Below are positions 28,539 through 37,317 of a stretch of DNA of 58,949 nt, one piece after another. Under the pieces are notes generated by a model. The model made no database searches, was not told the DNA's origin, and saw nothing but the letters and a program-made list of their open reading frames with translations. The position numbers were made by a program, and so were the translations under genes. Every line of letters begins with the position of its first letter. Position 1 is the first letter of the stretch. This stretch comes from a virus (taxonomy: Duplodnaviria; Caudoviricetes), in the IMG/VR virus record IMGVR_UViG_3300005764_000001, positions 1-58,949 of that record; one strand, 5' to 3'.

Positions 28539-29132
28539 TTAGAGACGGCGGGCGTGTCCGTAGAACCGGTGCCCGGTCTCCTCCATACACAATCCGGTGT
28601 GACGCTTGGGCAGCACGCACGTGCCGTACGCGCCGATGTCGCCCAGGCACATGTCGCCTAGCCGGCGAGCCCGCCCGCGTGCGTCGATCTCCACCGGGTC
28701 GCTGGGCACCGGCACCAGCATCGGGTCGGCCAGCGACCCGGGCGCATGCACCACGAACAGGCCCGAGACGGTGCCGTCGGGATAGGCCAGGCGGACCTGG
28801 TCGTGCACCGCGAGGGGCTCGCGCTCGCGGATCTCCGGGTCCGCCTGGCCTAGGGCCGCTATCGCCTCGCGGTGGGCGGCGAGCATGGACTGCTGTGCGC
28901 TCGCCATGACACTGGTCGCCTCGCGGCTCGCCTGCCCGTTCGGTTCGATCCAGCCGAATCCGTCGCGGATCGGCCGGAAGGTGTTGTCCCACATGGTGAT
29001 CGCATGCGGCGCGCCGGGCTGCTGCACGCCCCGCCCGGCCACCCGGTAGAGCGCCACGCCGATGAAGATGATCTTGTTCTTGTCGCGGGCGAACTCCCCC
29101 GGCGCGACCAGCTCAATTGACCTGGCAGTCAC
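28539..29132 (-). CDS. Early hypothetical protein
   Basis: AAAGGA RBS; C-terminal C...C.L...H.G motif. Confidence 0.6.
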   Translation of the reverse strand: MTARSIELVAPGEFARDKNKIIFIGVALYRVAGRGVQQPGAPHAITMWDNTFRPIRDGFGWIEPNGQASREATSVMASAQQSMLAAHREAIAALGQADPEIREREPLAVHDQVRLAYPDGTVSGLFVVHAPGSLADPMLVPVPSDPVEIDARGRARRLGDMCLGDIGAYGTCVLPKRHTGLCMEETGHRFYGHARRL

Positions 29133-29134
29133 GG

Positions 29135-29656
29135 CTAGTCCTTTCCGCTAGAGACGGGCGCGTAGCGCGCCTCGGTGTCGGCGATCCAGCGCTGCGCGTC
29201 GCGGGCGTCCATCACGCGCCAGCGCCGACCGGTGTTGTCCTGCCATTGCGCGGACCCTTCCGCCACATAGCGGGTGATCTTCAACGCGTTGGCGATCCGC
29301 GCCAGGTAGGCGTGGAAATCGGCCGGGTACCCGTCGCGCTCGTTCGCCGCCAACAGCCGGCGATCGATCAGCTTCAACGTCTTGGCCATCGCTTCGGCCC
29401 GGCGCAGATCGACGCAGTAGACGTCGCGGAACTCCGCACTCCAACCCCACGACCGACCGGCCTCGCGCGGGCCGGTGTACGCCGACACCCGCAGACCGTC
29501 CAGGCCCCGCTGGTAGTTGTCGCCGCGCGGCTCGTCGTTCGGCCCCAGCCACACCACACTGGCGGTGATTTCCGCCCTGGTGTCCGGCGTGAGGTAGTCC
29601 ATCTCGCGCAGCTGGAGAAATAGTGCCGCGCGCGGCTGCTCGTCATTGATCGTCAT
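29135..29656 (-). CDS. Early hypothetical protein
   Basis: L..AEAMAKTLK.I.R.L......G.P.DF..Y..R.A.AL pattern; start uncertain. Confidence 0.6.
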   Translation of the reverse strand: MTINDEQPRAALFLQLREMDYLTPDTRAEITASVVWLGPNDEPRGDNYQRGLDGLRVSAYTGPREAGRSWGWSAEFRDVYCVDLRRAEAMAKTLKLIDRRLLAANERDGYPADFHAYLARIANALKITRYVAEGSAQWQDNTGRRWRVMDARDAQRWIADTEARYAPVSSGKD

Positions 29657-29810
29657 CGTCGTCGCACCAATCGTCGTCCTCGTCAAGGTTGCTGGCCCGG
29701 CATCCCTGCGGGCACAGGTAGTCTGCGTAGCCCTCCGGCACCGGCTGATCCGAAAACGGGCACCAGTCGCCGCAGTCGTTGCTGTGCTCGGGAAACACGG
29801 CGAGTTTCAT
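29643..29810 (-). CDS. 55-aa acidic Cys-rich protein (below ORF-track cutoff)
   Basis: MKLAVFPEHSNDCGDWCPFS...CPQGCRASNLDEDDDWCDDDDDQ; ATGA-coupled, fills the gap. Confidence 0.65.
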   Translation of the reverse strand: MKLAVFPEHSNDCGDWCPFSDQPVPEGYADYLCPQGCRASNLDEDDDWCDDDDDQ

Positions 29811-30046
29811 CGGGGCTCACCCTGTCTGCGTACGTGTACCGCCTTGGCGGTCACGAACCCGTCCCACATCGGTTCGGTGTAGTGGCGTTCGCGCGCCCAG
29901 TCGGCCAGCCGTACGGCAACATCGCCGATCGCCACCTCGTCGCCGCCCCCGTACTCGTACTGCCACGCCCTGACGTCGACGTCGACGTCGATCGACACGG
30001 TGTAGCGCTGCCTCATCGGCGTCTGGTCGCTGCCGTCGGCACTCAT
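29807..30046 (-). CDS. Early hypothetical protein
   Basis: ATGA coupling; VDVDVRAWQYEYG. Confidence 0.6.
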   Translation of the reverse strand: MSADGSDQTPMRQRYTVSIDVDVDVRAWQYEYGGGDEVAIGDVAVRLADWARERHYTEPMWDGFVTAKAVHVRRQGEPR

Positions 30047-30426
30047 CGCACGCCCCCTCCGCTGGTGAGTCGGTTGTAGACGTTGCACAGGTGGTGGGCG
30101 ATCTCGGGGATCATGTCGGGTACCGGCGAGACGTCGCACAGGTAGTCCATGCCGACCGGCTGCTCCCACCAGTCGCACTGTCCGAACTCGACACCCGACA
30201 GGTTCTCGGCAGCCTGCGCAAGCGGGATAGCGTCGACGGTCGGCGTCGCGACGACCGTCACGTAGGACATCTCCCCGCGCCGCCACGCCGCGAACAACAG
30301 CGGGTTGTCGCGCTCGCTGGCGTACTCGTGCGGGGTGTAGTCGGGGTCGGTGAAGACCTCGACCTTGATGCTGACTGCGGGCGGAAAGCCGTCCGGGTGG
30401 ATGGTGCGCGAGTCGATCAGATCCAT
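30043..30426 (-). CDS. Acidic early hypothetical protein
   Basis: GAGGA RBS. Confidence 0.6.
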   Translation of the reverse strand: MDLIDSRTIHPDGFPPAVSIKVEVFTDPDYTPHEYASERDNPLLFAAWRRGEMSYVTVVATPTVDAIPLAQAAENLSGVEFGQCDWWEQPVGMDYLCDVSPVPDMIPEIAHHLCNVYNRLTSGGGVR

Positions 30427-30447
30427 TGCGTATCCTCTCAAAGCCGA

Positions 30448-30621
30448 CTAGTGAACTCGGTTGCCGTCGGGGTAGTCGCAGCGCGCGACCTCATCCGCGT
30501 GCGGGCAAAGCCAGAACCCGCAGTAGTCGCACGTTCCCGGGCAGTCGCCGGGGTGCTCGCCGTCGTGGTAGTCCTCGGTCGGGCCCAGCACGCCTGAGTC
30601 CCGCTCGTCGTCGTCGCTCAT
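30448..30621 (-). CDS. 57-aa acidic Cys-rich protein (below ORF-track cutoff)
   Basis: GGGAGA RBS; MSDDDERDSG...CPGTCDYCGFWLCPH; first gene after promoter. Confidence 0.65.
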   Translation of the reverse strand: MSDDDERDSGVLGPTEDYHDGEHPGDCPGTCDYCGFWLCPHADEVARCDYPDGNRVH

Positions 30622-30645
30622 CAGATCTCCCTGTCCGTCTGCGTT

Positions 30646-30686
30646 CCCGACACCTAAAGCCTAGGTGAAGCGCTAGCGCTAGTCAA
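30646..30686 (-). promoter_or_regulatory. Early promoter; 41-bp exact repeat of 33224-33264
   Basis: TTGACT-agcgctagcgcttcacc-TAGGCT; palindrome AGCGCTAGCGCT in the spacer. Confidence 0.85.
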
Positions 30687-30696
30687 GCCACAATCT

Positions 30697-31206
30697 TTAC
30701 CGCATTCGCGGTAGAGCACGTCGCATCTTGATCAGCAAGTTTCGATCCGTGAACTCCCACGCGTCCGCCTCCTCATACGTTGGAAGTTGCTTGAGGAGCA
30801 GTCGACGCAAGGCAGTGCAGAACGCGGCGGCCGAGCTTGCCTCCCAGCCGTCGTGCTCGCAAGACTGGTACTCGTAGCCGTCGATCGCCTTCGCCACAAC
30901 CGCGATCAAGCGTGGATCGTTGGTAACGCCCGGGACTTCGGCGAATCTGTAGCCGAGGACGTCGGTGTCGGTGAAATCGGCCGGGCCGGGCCGCTCCCCG
31001 TCCTTGTCGTCCGGGTAGCGGCCCATGACGCTGGCGAGATTCTCCGACCACAGCATGATCCCCACCTCGTGACGGTTCTCATAGTTCAACTTCTGGCGAT
31101 CGCTACCGTGATACCAACGGAATCCGCCGTAGTGCTGGGGGCTGAGCTGCTCGGCAGCCGTCACCAGAAGATCGATGTGGGTCTTATCCACGATGTATGC
31201 GCTCAT
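30697..31206 (-). CDS. Early hypothetical protein (MSAY.V...HID family)
   Basis: GAGGAG RBS; EN..SV..RY and K.I..YEYQSCEH..W..S motifs recalled from phage and plasmid early regions. Confidence 0.7.
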   Translation of the reverse strand: MSAYIVDKTHIDLLVTAAEQLSPQHYGGFRWYHGSDRQKLNYENRHEVGIMLWSENLASVMGRYPDDKDGERPGPADFTDTDVLGYRFAEVPGVTNDPRLIAVVAKAIDGYEYQSCEHDGWEASSAAAFCTALRRLLLKQLPTYEEADAWEFTDRNLLIKMRRALPRMR

Positions 31207-31257
31207 TGGTGGGGTGCTCCTCACAGGTTGCCAATTGGTTAGATAGATCGATAGACG

Positions 31258-31587
31258 TTAGGGCGCCGCCGGCTGCTCCGGTGCGATCTTGAAAAGCCAG
31301 TACGCCCACCGGTCGCCGGCTAGCGCATTGCCGCACCCCTCACACGCGTACTGGGTGAACGGGCGGTGCTCGCAGTCGCACTCCTCTACCTCGGTCCCGT
31401 GCTCGCGGCCGCAGTCGTGCTCGGCCGCAACCAGGCCCAGCGCGACCTTGAATCCGGCACCGAAGTCGACCTTCGACCACGGATCGCCTTCACAGCCGCC
31501 GTTTCCGTAGCAGCCGTCCCCGTCCCCTTCCCGGGCGAACAGGCAGCACGCACACACCCAGATAGTTCCGTAGTCGATCGTGTCCAT
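31258..31587 (-). CDS. Cys-rich early hypothetical protein
   Basis: GGAGG RBS; CxxC and F....CEGCG..L.GDR motifs. Confidence 0.65.
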   Translation of the reverse strand: MDTIDYGTIWVCACCLFAREGDGDGCYGNGGCEGDPWSKVDFGAGFKVALGLVAAEHDCGREHGTEVEECDCEHRPFTQYACEGCGNALAGDRWAYWLFKIAPEQPAAP

Positions 31588-31899
31588 CTAGCTGCCCTCC
31601 TCCAACGCCTGTACCGCCTTCTCCAGAGCGGCCAGCGAGTCCAGGTCAAACCCGGTCGCCAGCAGCCGACGCGCGAACTCCCCGCCACGAACGTCGTTGT
31701 AGAAGTACGGGTAGTCGGGTCCGGGCGCGCCCTGCGACACGCCGACCACTTCCAGGTCGAGGTCGTCGTGCTCCCGGCTGTGCAGCAGGATCGCCGCCAT
31801 CACCGCCTGATCTTGGGTTGCGGCGTCGATCACATAGTCTGTCGGCTTCTCTCCGTCGTGACGCTCGCATCCGGCGATCGTGATCAGCCAGTCGCTCAT
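31588..31899 (-). CDS. Early hypothetical protein
   Basis: ATGA coupling; G.ERHDGEKP..YV..A. Confidence 0.65.
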   Translation of the reverse strand: MSDWLITIAGCERHDGEKPTDYVIDAATQDQAVMAAILLHSREHDDLDLEVVGVSQGAPGPDYPYFYNDVRGGEFARRLLATGFDLDSLAALEKAVQALEEGS

Positions 31900-32237
31900 G
31901 CCATCCTCACCACCGTCTCGGTCGGGTCGAGCAGCGCCGTTACGTCGCCGCTCAAGGTCAGTACGTGGGTCGTACGGTCGGACACCCACGAGTAGGCACC
32001 GTCGCCGTGGTCGGAGTCCTCCTCCTCCTCCTCCTCGTCGTATGCGTCGTAGCGATCCTGCGGGTCGTTGAAGCCCAGCTCTTCCAGGGCTTGCGCAGCC
32101 GCTTGCGACTGCGCCACTGCGCCTGCCTCGCAACGGCTCGCGGCGCGGACCACGAAGACCAGGGCGTCCCCGTCGCCCTCCTCGCCCGTCCAATCGCGCA
32201 CGACTGTCCATACCGGCAGCTCTTCGGTACTAGTCAC
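31896..32237 (-). CDS. Highly acidic early protein
   Basis: GGGAG RBS; DEEEEEEDSD tract. Confidence 0.6.
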   Translation of the reverse strand: MTSTEELPVWTVVRDWTGEEGDGDALVFVVRAASRCEAGAVAQSQAAAQALEELGFNDPQDRYDAYDEEEEEEDSDHGDGAYSWVSDRTTHVLTLSGDVTALLDPTETVVRMA

Positions 32238-32303
32238 GCCCCAACTCCCTTGTCGTTGCTTTCACCTTGCTGCTGAACGTTTCCCGCTGAATCCGAGGTG
32301 TGC

Positions 32304-32567
32304 TCATCGCTCGGTCACCTCCGGGCGCAGTCCGCCGCCGCCGGGCTCGACTGTGCCGACTGCGGCCCAGCCGAGATTCAGGTAGTCCTGCGGGTGCTCG
32401 GGCGACCACTCCTCCACGATCACGGTGTAGTTCGTCTCGTCGGCCCACACGCGCGCCGCAGCGTCGCGCTCGGACTCAGTGGCGAAGTAGAGCGCGGTGC
32501 GCGTTGCGCTGTCGTCGGGGACATTGCGCAGGATGCGGTAGCGCTTGGCGGGCGGCTTGATGGCCAT
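32304..32567 (-). CDS. Early hypothetical protein
   Basis: GGGAG RBS before ATG. Confidence 0.6.
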   Translation of the reverse strand: MAIKPPAKRYRILRNVPDDSATRTALYFATESERDAAARVWADETNYTVIVEEWSPEHPQDYLNLGWAAVGTVEPGGGGLRPEVTER

Positions 32568-32580
32568 GGTGCACACTCCC

Positions 32581-32637
32581 AGAAGTTGATCTTGGTGGGT
32601 AACGCCCGCACGGGCGTTACCCGAGAAGTTGATCTTG
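32581..32637. repeat. 14-bp direct repeats flanking a 12-bp perfect hairpin
   Basis: AGAAGTTGATCTTG twice around GGGTAACGCCCG-CA-CGGGCGTTACCC. Confidence 0.8.
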
Positions 32638-32676
32638 ACAACGGATCCCGCGCGCCCCCGTACGACGCGCGGATGC

Positions 32677-33126
32677 CTAATCCGCCTCGTGGCGCTCCGC
32701 GTTGGCGACAATCCACCCGCGCAACGCGTGCAGTTCGTCGTCAGCCCGTTCGGACAGACCCGCGCCCCCGTTGCGCAGCGCGCGCATGCTCTCGTCGATG
32801 TCTTCCAGGAGCGCGTTCGCGTCGACGTAGCGTCCGGCAGCCAGCTGCCACAGAACCTCGCCACCCGCGCCAGCATCGGACCACTTGAGCGCAAGCGCGC
32901 TAGCCGCGCCGCAGCCGATGGCCTCGCCGGTCACGAAGTAGCGCGCGACGCTGGCGTTGACGCGCGACTGGTCGGCCAGCGGTGGTTCGGGCGCCCCGAT
33001 GGTGAACGTCGCGTGGTCGCCGGAAAAGACGCACTCGCTGGCCCCAGGGGCGCAGTGGCACGCCGCCTCGCAGGCCCCGCAGCCATATAGGCGGCCCGGT
33101 TCGTGCGGGAAATCCGCGTGGCGCAT
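32677..33126 (-). CDS. Early hypothetical protein
   Basis: GGAGG RBS; H.DFPHEPG.LY.C.ACE..CHC N-terminal motif. Confidence 0.65.
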   Translation of the reverse strand: MRHADFPHEPGRLYGCGACEAACHCAPGASECVFSGDHATFTIGAPEPPLADQSRVNASVARYFVTGEAIGCGAASALALKWSDAGAGGEVLWQLAAGRYVDANALLEDIDESMRALRNGGAGLSERADDELHALRGWIVANAERHEAD

Positions 33127-33223
33127 GTCCGGTCCCCTCCTCCCTGTCCCGATCCTGCCCGTCTGGGCGGTATGTCCGATTTTGGCCTTCCCGGGCGGGC
33201 GGGGCCTTGCGACCCCTCCCCTG

Positions 33224-33264
33224 CCCGACACCTAAAGCCTAGGTGAAGCGCTAGCGCTAGTCAA
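33224..33264 (-). promoter_or_regulatory. Early promoter; 41-bp exact repeat of 30646-30686
   Basis: TTGACT-17-TAGGCT. Confidence 0.85.
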
Positions 33265-33283
33265 CACCTTTTCCCCACCTTTT

Positions 33284-33637
33284 TCAGGAGCCCTCCCGGG
33301 TGAGCATCAGCACGGTGCGTGTCAGGCCCGTAGCGACGACGCCATGGGGCAGCATCGCCGGGACAGCGTCGCTGTCGTACGCCGCGCAGTACTCGGCGGG
33401 CCACCCGGGTACGGGTGCGTCCGACCACAGCGCCCACCCCTCATCGGTCCCGAGGTACATTCCCGGGGCCATCAGCGCCCACGTACCGCCCGTGTAGCCA
33501 AGGCCCCGGTAGTGCTGCTCGATCGCCTTAGCGGCCTGCACAGCCAGCTCCTCAGTCAACGGGTAGTCCTCGTGGCGCTGCGGACGCGTGACCGCGAGCC
33601 GCGAGCCAACAACCGCGTGCCGCTCGTCGTTCGCCAT
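33284..33637 (-). CDS. Early hypothetical protein
   Basis: AGGAGG RBS. Confidence 0.65.
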   Translation of the reverse strand: MANDERHAVVGSRLAVTRPQRHEDYPLTEELAVQAAKAIEQHYRGLGYTGGTWALMAPGMYLGTDEGWALWSDAPVPGWPAEYCAAYDSDAVPAMLPHGVVATGLTRTVLMLTREGS

Positions 33638-33678
33638 GGTGTCCCCTCCTCTCTAGCTCAACCAACCTACTGCCTGAA

Positions 33679-33737
33679 AGGCTACGCGCATCGCTATACA
33701 TAGTAAAGGGGTTTGAGGTGTCAACCTCAAACCCCTT
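33679..33737 (-). promoter_or_regulatory. Terminator hairpin fused to early promoter
   Basis: AAGGGGTTTGAGG/CCTCAAACCCCTT stem whose T-tail forms -35 TTTACT, then 17 nt and TAGCCT. Confidence 0.75.
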
Positions 33738-33760
33738 GGAACGCTTACAGCGCGATTGCG

Positions 33761-34762
33761 CTAGACGACTGCGAGCACCTTGTTCAGTCCCAGCACCTTG
33801 CGCAGTGCGGTCAACGCGGCGCTGTCTTCCTGGCTGGTCTTGCCGCTGATGACGTTCAGCATGTTGCGCTCAGGGCGGCTCACGTTGCGCACGGTGCCCT
33901 CATGCTGAAAGTAGGTGTCGACGGCCTGCACTACGCCAAACGCGGTACCCATCCAGGTGGACGCGCGCCGGTCGTGGCGGTACATCGCCGTGAGCCCTTC
34001 ACGCTTGGTATTCGCCAGCGTCTGGGAGCGCTTGGAGTCGTCGGCGTTCACGGGCGCGTACTCGTCCAAGAACTTGAACCACTGGTTGTCGGTCACCGTG
34101 ATGGCGCACAGCTGGGCGACTTCGGCGGCGAAGTCTTCCGCGGTCGTGTGAACCATGTTCAATGCCGCCCGCGCGTCGGCCAGCTTCACAGCGGAATTGC
34201 GGGTGTGCTTCACCTTGTACGACTGGCCATCCTCGCGAAGCGCGATGTCACGGGTGTTGTCACACACCACGAGCGTGGTAACCCGCTTGTACGTGGTCGC
34301 GGTAGAGCCGTCAAACGACGTCGTGGCCAACAGGTGCGGGCGGAACTCGACCCCTTCCGGCGTGGTCACGTTGTCCGGCACTTCGACACTGACCCAAGCG
34401 ACCGCACCCGCGCGCAGCAGACCAGCCGAACCAATTTGGAGAGTGTCGCCCAGAATGTTGGACACAGCGCCGAGCAGCCAGGTGCGGTAACTGTGCGGCT
34501 CGTATCCGTCGCTGAAAACCCCCATGCGGTGACGGTTGTCGCTGCGATGAACCGACTTCAACTCGTTTCCGCAGCCGCACGGGCAGCGCAGGACGTTCAC
34601 GGTCGGTTCCCAGCCGAACAGGCGTGACTCGACATCGGCGAACGGCACAGCGCCGACGTAGTGGTTGTCGCTGCCTGCCCGGTAGTGCCAGGCGTGCCCG
34701 CGCTTCTCGGTGAAGCCGACAAGAACGTTGCTGTTGAGCCATTCGAGCGTCTCGCGCGACAT
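33761..34762 (-). CDS. DUF932 family protein
   Basis: AWH N-terminus, SAG.L..GA..WV, LLA.TSFDGS..T and VVCDNT motifs. Confidence 0.88.
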   Translation of the reverse strand: MSRETLEWLNSNVLVGFTEKRGHAWHYRAGSDNHYVGAVPFADVESRLFGWEPTVNVLRCPCGCGNELKSVHRSDNRHRMGVFSDGYEPHSYRTWLLGAVSNILGDTLQIGSAGLLRAGAVAWVSVEVPDNVTTPEGVEFRPHLLATTSFDGSTATTYKRVTTLVVCDNTRDIALREDGQSYKVKHTRNSAVKLADARAALNMVHTTAEDFAAEVAQLCAITVTDNQWFKFLDEYAPVNADDSKRSQTLANTKREGLTAMYRHDRRASTWMGTAFGVVQAVDTYFQHEGTVRNVSRPERNMLNVISGKTSQEDSAALTALRKVLGLNKVLAVV

Positions 34763-34815
34763 GGTGTCGCTCCCTTCGGTAGGTGTCCGGCGCGGTGCCG
34801 GAAGCACACACGTAA

Positions 34816-34878
34816 AGACTACGTCAAGCGCTATACACAGTAAAGGGGTCCGCAGCCTGTTTCGGCTGCGAACCCCTT
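34816..34878 (-). promoter_or_regulatory. Terminator hairpin fused to early promoter
   Basis: AAGGGG.CGCAGCC stem; TTTACT-gtgtaTAGCGcttgacg-TAGTCT. Confidence 0.75.
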
Positions 34879-34891
34879 GGACGCGAACGCG

Positions 34892-35410
34892 CTACAACTT
34901 GACGTCGTACCCGTTCACGGTGTCGGTGTAGCACAAGTGCGTGATACCGGACTGACAGTGCGGCAACAGCAGATCCACCACATGCACGGTCGCAAACTCC
35001 CCCACCGCCAAGTCAACCCGCCGGTCGTCGACAAGCGCATCAATGCGGGTACGGACAACCGGGCGGCCCGTACCCGTTGCGCCGTAAAGCGTCCAGTGCC
35101 CCTCATCAAACAGCGCGCAGACAGTCCCACCCATCCGCTCCCCCAAGTACGGGCCGTCGGTGTCCTCGCAATCCACCACGCGATAGTCGAGCAGATCCGA
35201 GGTAACACCTAGGTACTGGGGCCAAATCGGCTCAGCGTGGCCTACAGGTGCCTTAGCGGGGTACTCCAGCGGCGAGGCAGACGGGGCAGCCGACAGCGCC
35301 GGAACCGGGGCAGCAGCAGCGGGAGCAGGATTGCGGTAGCCACCACACGCGGCCAGCGACGCGACAGCGAGCACGGCCAACGGGGCAGACAGCACAGTGC
35401 GGATACGCAC
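34892..35410 (-). CDS. Putative lipoprotein
   Basis: GGAGG RBS; hydrophobic signal with LAAC lipobox and Pro/Ala linker. Confidence 0.7.
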   Translation of the reverse strand: MRIRTVLSAPLAVLAVASLAACGGYRNPAPAAAAPVPALSAAPSASPLEYPAKAPVGHAEPIWPQYLGVTSDLLDYRVVDCEDTDGPYLGERMGGTVCALFDEGHWTLYGATGTGRPVVRTRIDALVDDRRVDLAVGEFATVHVVDLLLPHCQSGITHLCYTDTVNGYDVKL

Positions 35411-36223
35411 GGGAACCTCCGGGGTGAAAACGGGTAGACAGACCTCGTCAGTCTACCGCTATCGGTAGCTGTGCGGTAGGTCCCCACCCCCACCACAACC
35501 CGCCAAACCCAAGCAGCACAACACATACACAGCCAGCCATACACCGATAGGCAAGCCGCTTTCAAAGGCGGTCCACTCACGACCATCGCACTCAAGGGTG
35601 TGCATCCATTGTGTACATCGGGGATCCGTTGTGTCACAAGAGTTTCGGGCTCGACACCGGGTGTGGGCATTGGACGTAACGAGCCATCGGCATCCTTCCC
35701 CGTTTCATAACAGGTACTATGGTGTAGCATCGAGAGCCGCCATTCCCCGCCATAGACCGCCGTCCCTCTGTACACATAGCTCTAGCCTCGCATGTGGACA
35801 GACAGCATCGAGGTCCGTCATCATGCGCTGCGACCAGGCCTTTCTAATGTGGACTGTCCACTGGGGACGATATCTTTTTCCAAAGTAGACAGTTCCACGA
35901 GACCTTTGCTCCCCCCTCCCTGGGTTCACGCTGGGGCTGAACCTAAAGGTGAATGGCCCTCGTGTTAAAAGGTGAATGCCGGCCTCACCTTTGGGGGGTT
36001 GTGGGGGCTGCTGGCGCGCCAGCAGTGTACTGGGCGGTAGGGGTGTCGCGGTTTCCCGGGCTGAGACCACTGCCGGCGGTTGGGGGGTGGTCCGCGGGGG
36101 CCCCGACTGGTACGCACCTGTCCAACATTTCGATCCAGACCGGACGCCTTTGTACGCCTTGCGGGTGATCCGATAGCGATCCGTCACGTTCGTGGCGGCC
36201 GGCGGCGGCTAGCGTGCCTGCGC

Positions 36224-36562
36224 ATGAGTGACCTGACGTGTATTTCGTGTGGCGGACCGCCCGGCCAGGGCCTGGGCGTAACGCTCCCCCGTGCGGATAA
36301 GCCGGCGGGACCGTTCTGCTCGTATCTATGCGTGGCCGGCTTCGCCGTGGAGCGGGCCACGGCGGTACCCACCCAGTGCCGCGGCGATTGCGAGCCGGCG
36401 GCTCTGTCGGTGCAGGAGGTGGCTAAGCGCTGGCACGTGTCGCCGTGGACGGTTCGGCGACTGATCCGTGACGGCGAGCTGGTACCGCTAAAGGTGGCGC
36501 AGCGCTCGACCCGGGTGGCGCTGGATATGGTGCGCGCCTACGAGCGGGCGCACTCCACGTAG
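36224..36562 (+). CDS. Zn-finger plus excisionase-type HTH protein
   Basis: CISC...FCS..C then LSVQEVAKRWHVSPWTVRRLIRDGEL. Confidence 0.7.
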   Translation: MSDLTCISCGGPPGQGLGVTLPRADKPAGPFCSYLCVAGFAVERATAVPTQCRGDCEPAALSVQEVAKRWHVSPWTVRRLIRDGELVPLKVAQRSTRVALDMVRAYERAHST

Positions 36563-36620
36563 GCGGTTTGGGTGGGCGGCGATCGGTGGCATATTGGTAC
36601 GCACCAGGTATGATGATTGT

Positions 36621-36854
36621 ATGAAGCGTGTGACGGTGAGCCTGCCCGACGACATAGCGGACCGGCTGGAAGCGGTTGGCAACGTGTCCGCCTACGTGGC
36701 CGAGGCGCTGCGGGCGAAGATGGACGACCGGACTCTGCGGCAGGTGATGGAGGACCGCGGGCTGCGGATCACCGATTCCGGTGTGGACAGGGCGCGCGAG
36801 TACTTGCAGCGTCGCCGCACGCAGTGGCAGGACCAAAAGGCGAGTGGGCGTTGA
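36621..36854 (+). CDS. RHH antitoxin (VapB-like)
   Basis: MKRVTVSLPDD...NVSAYVAEALR; leaderless -10 TATGAT 6 nt upstream. Confidence 0.8.
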   Translation: MKRVTVSLPDDIADRLEAVGNVSAYVAEALRAKMDDRTLRQVMEDRGLRITDSGVDRAREYLQRRRTQWQDQKASGR

Positions 36855-37270
36855 CCGTCACACTGCTGATGGATGCGTCCTGCCTGGTGCAGTATGCGAC
36901 GAGTGTCGACGTGCGCTCGATCGCGCTCGGGGAGCTGGTGTCGGCGGCCGGCGAGGACCCGGAGGCGGTCGTGGGCGTTCCTGCTACGTGTCTGGCCGTG
37001 GCGTTGGACTCGGCGCAGGTTGCTCCCGACCAGATGCGCGAGCTGGTGAGCCTGTTCGTCAATCCGCATGTGCGGCTGCTGGGCGGGCCGTTGGCGGTCA
37101 CGTTCATTCAGGCTGTTGTCGCCTTGGGGGTGTCTGCGCAGGTGGCGGATCTGCTGCTGTGTGCGGCCGAGCATGAGGATGCGATGGTGTTGACGTTCGA
37201 TCCGGTGGTGGTCGGGGCGTTCGAGCCGTCGGCGCGCGGTCGGGTGCTGGACTTGGGCAGGGATTGGTAG
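36851..37270 (+). CDS. PIN-domain (VapC-like) toxin
   Basis: TTGA overlap with antitoxin; LLMDASCL N-terminus and VLTFD C-terminal motif. Confidence 0.7.
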   Translation: MTVTLLMDASCLVQYATSVDVRSIALGELVSAAGEDPEAVVGVPATCLAVALDSAQVAPDQMRELVSLFVNPHVRLLGGPLAVTFIQAVVALGVSAQVADLLLCAAEHEDAMVLTFDPVVVGAFEPSARGRVLDLGRDW

Positions 37271-37276
37271 GACGTG

Positions 37277-37309
37277 TGGCCCCGGGCCGAGACGAGCCCG
37301 CCGGGGCCA
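37277..37309. terminator. Bidirectional terminator hairpin
   Basis: TGGCCCCGG...CCGGGGCCA between convergent genes. Confidence 0.65.
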
Positions 37310-37317
37310 TACGTCGT

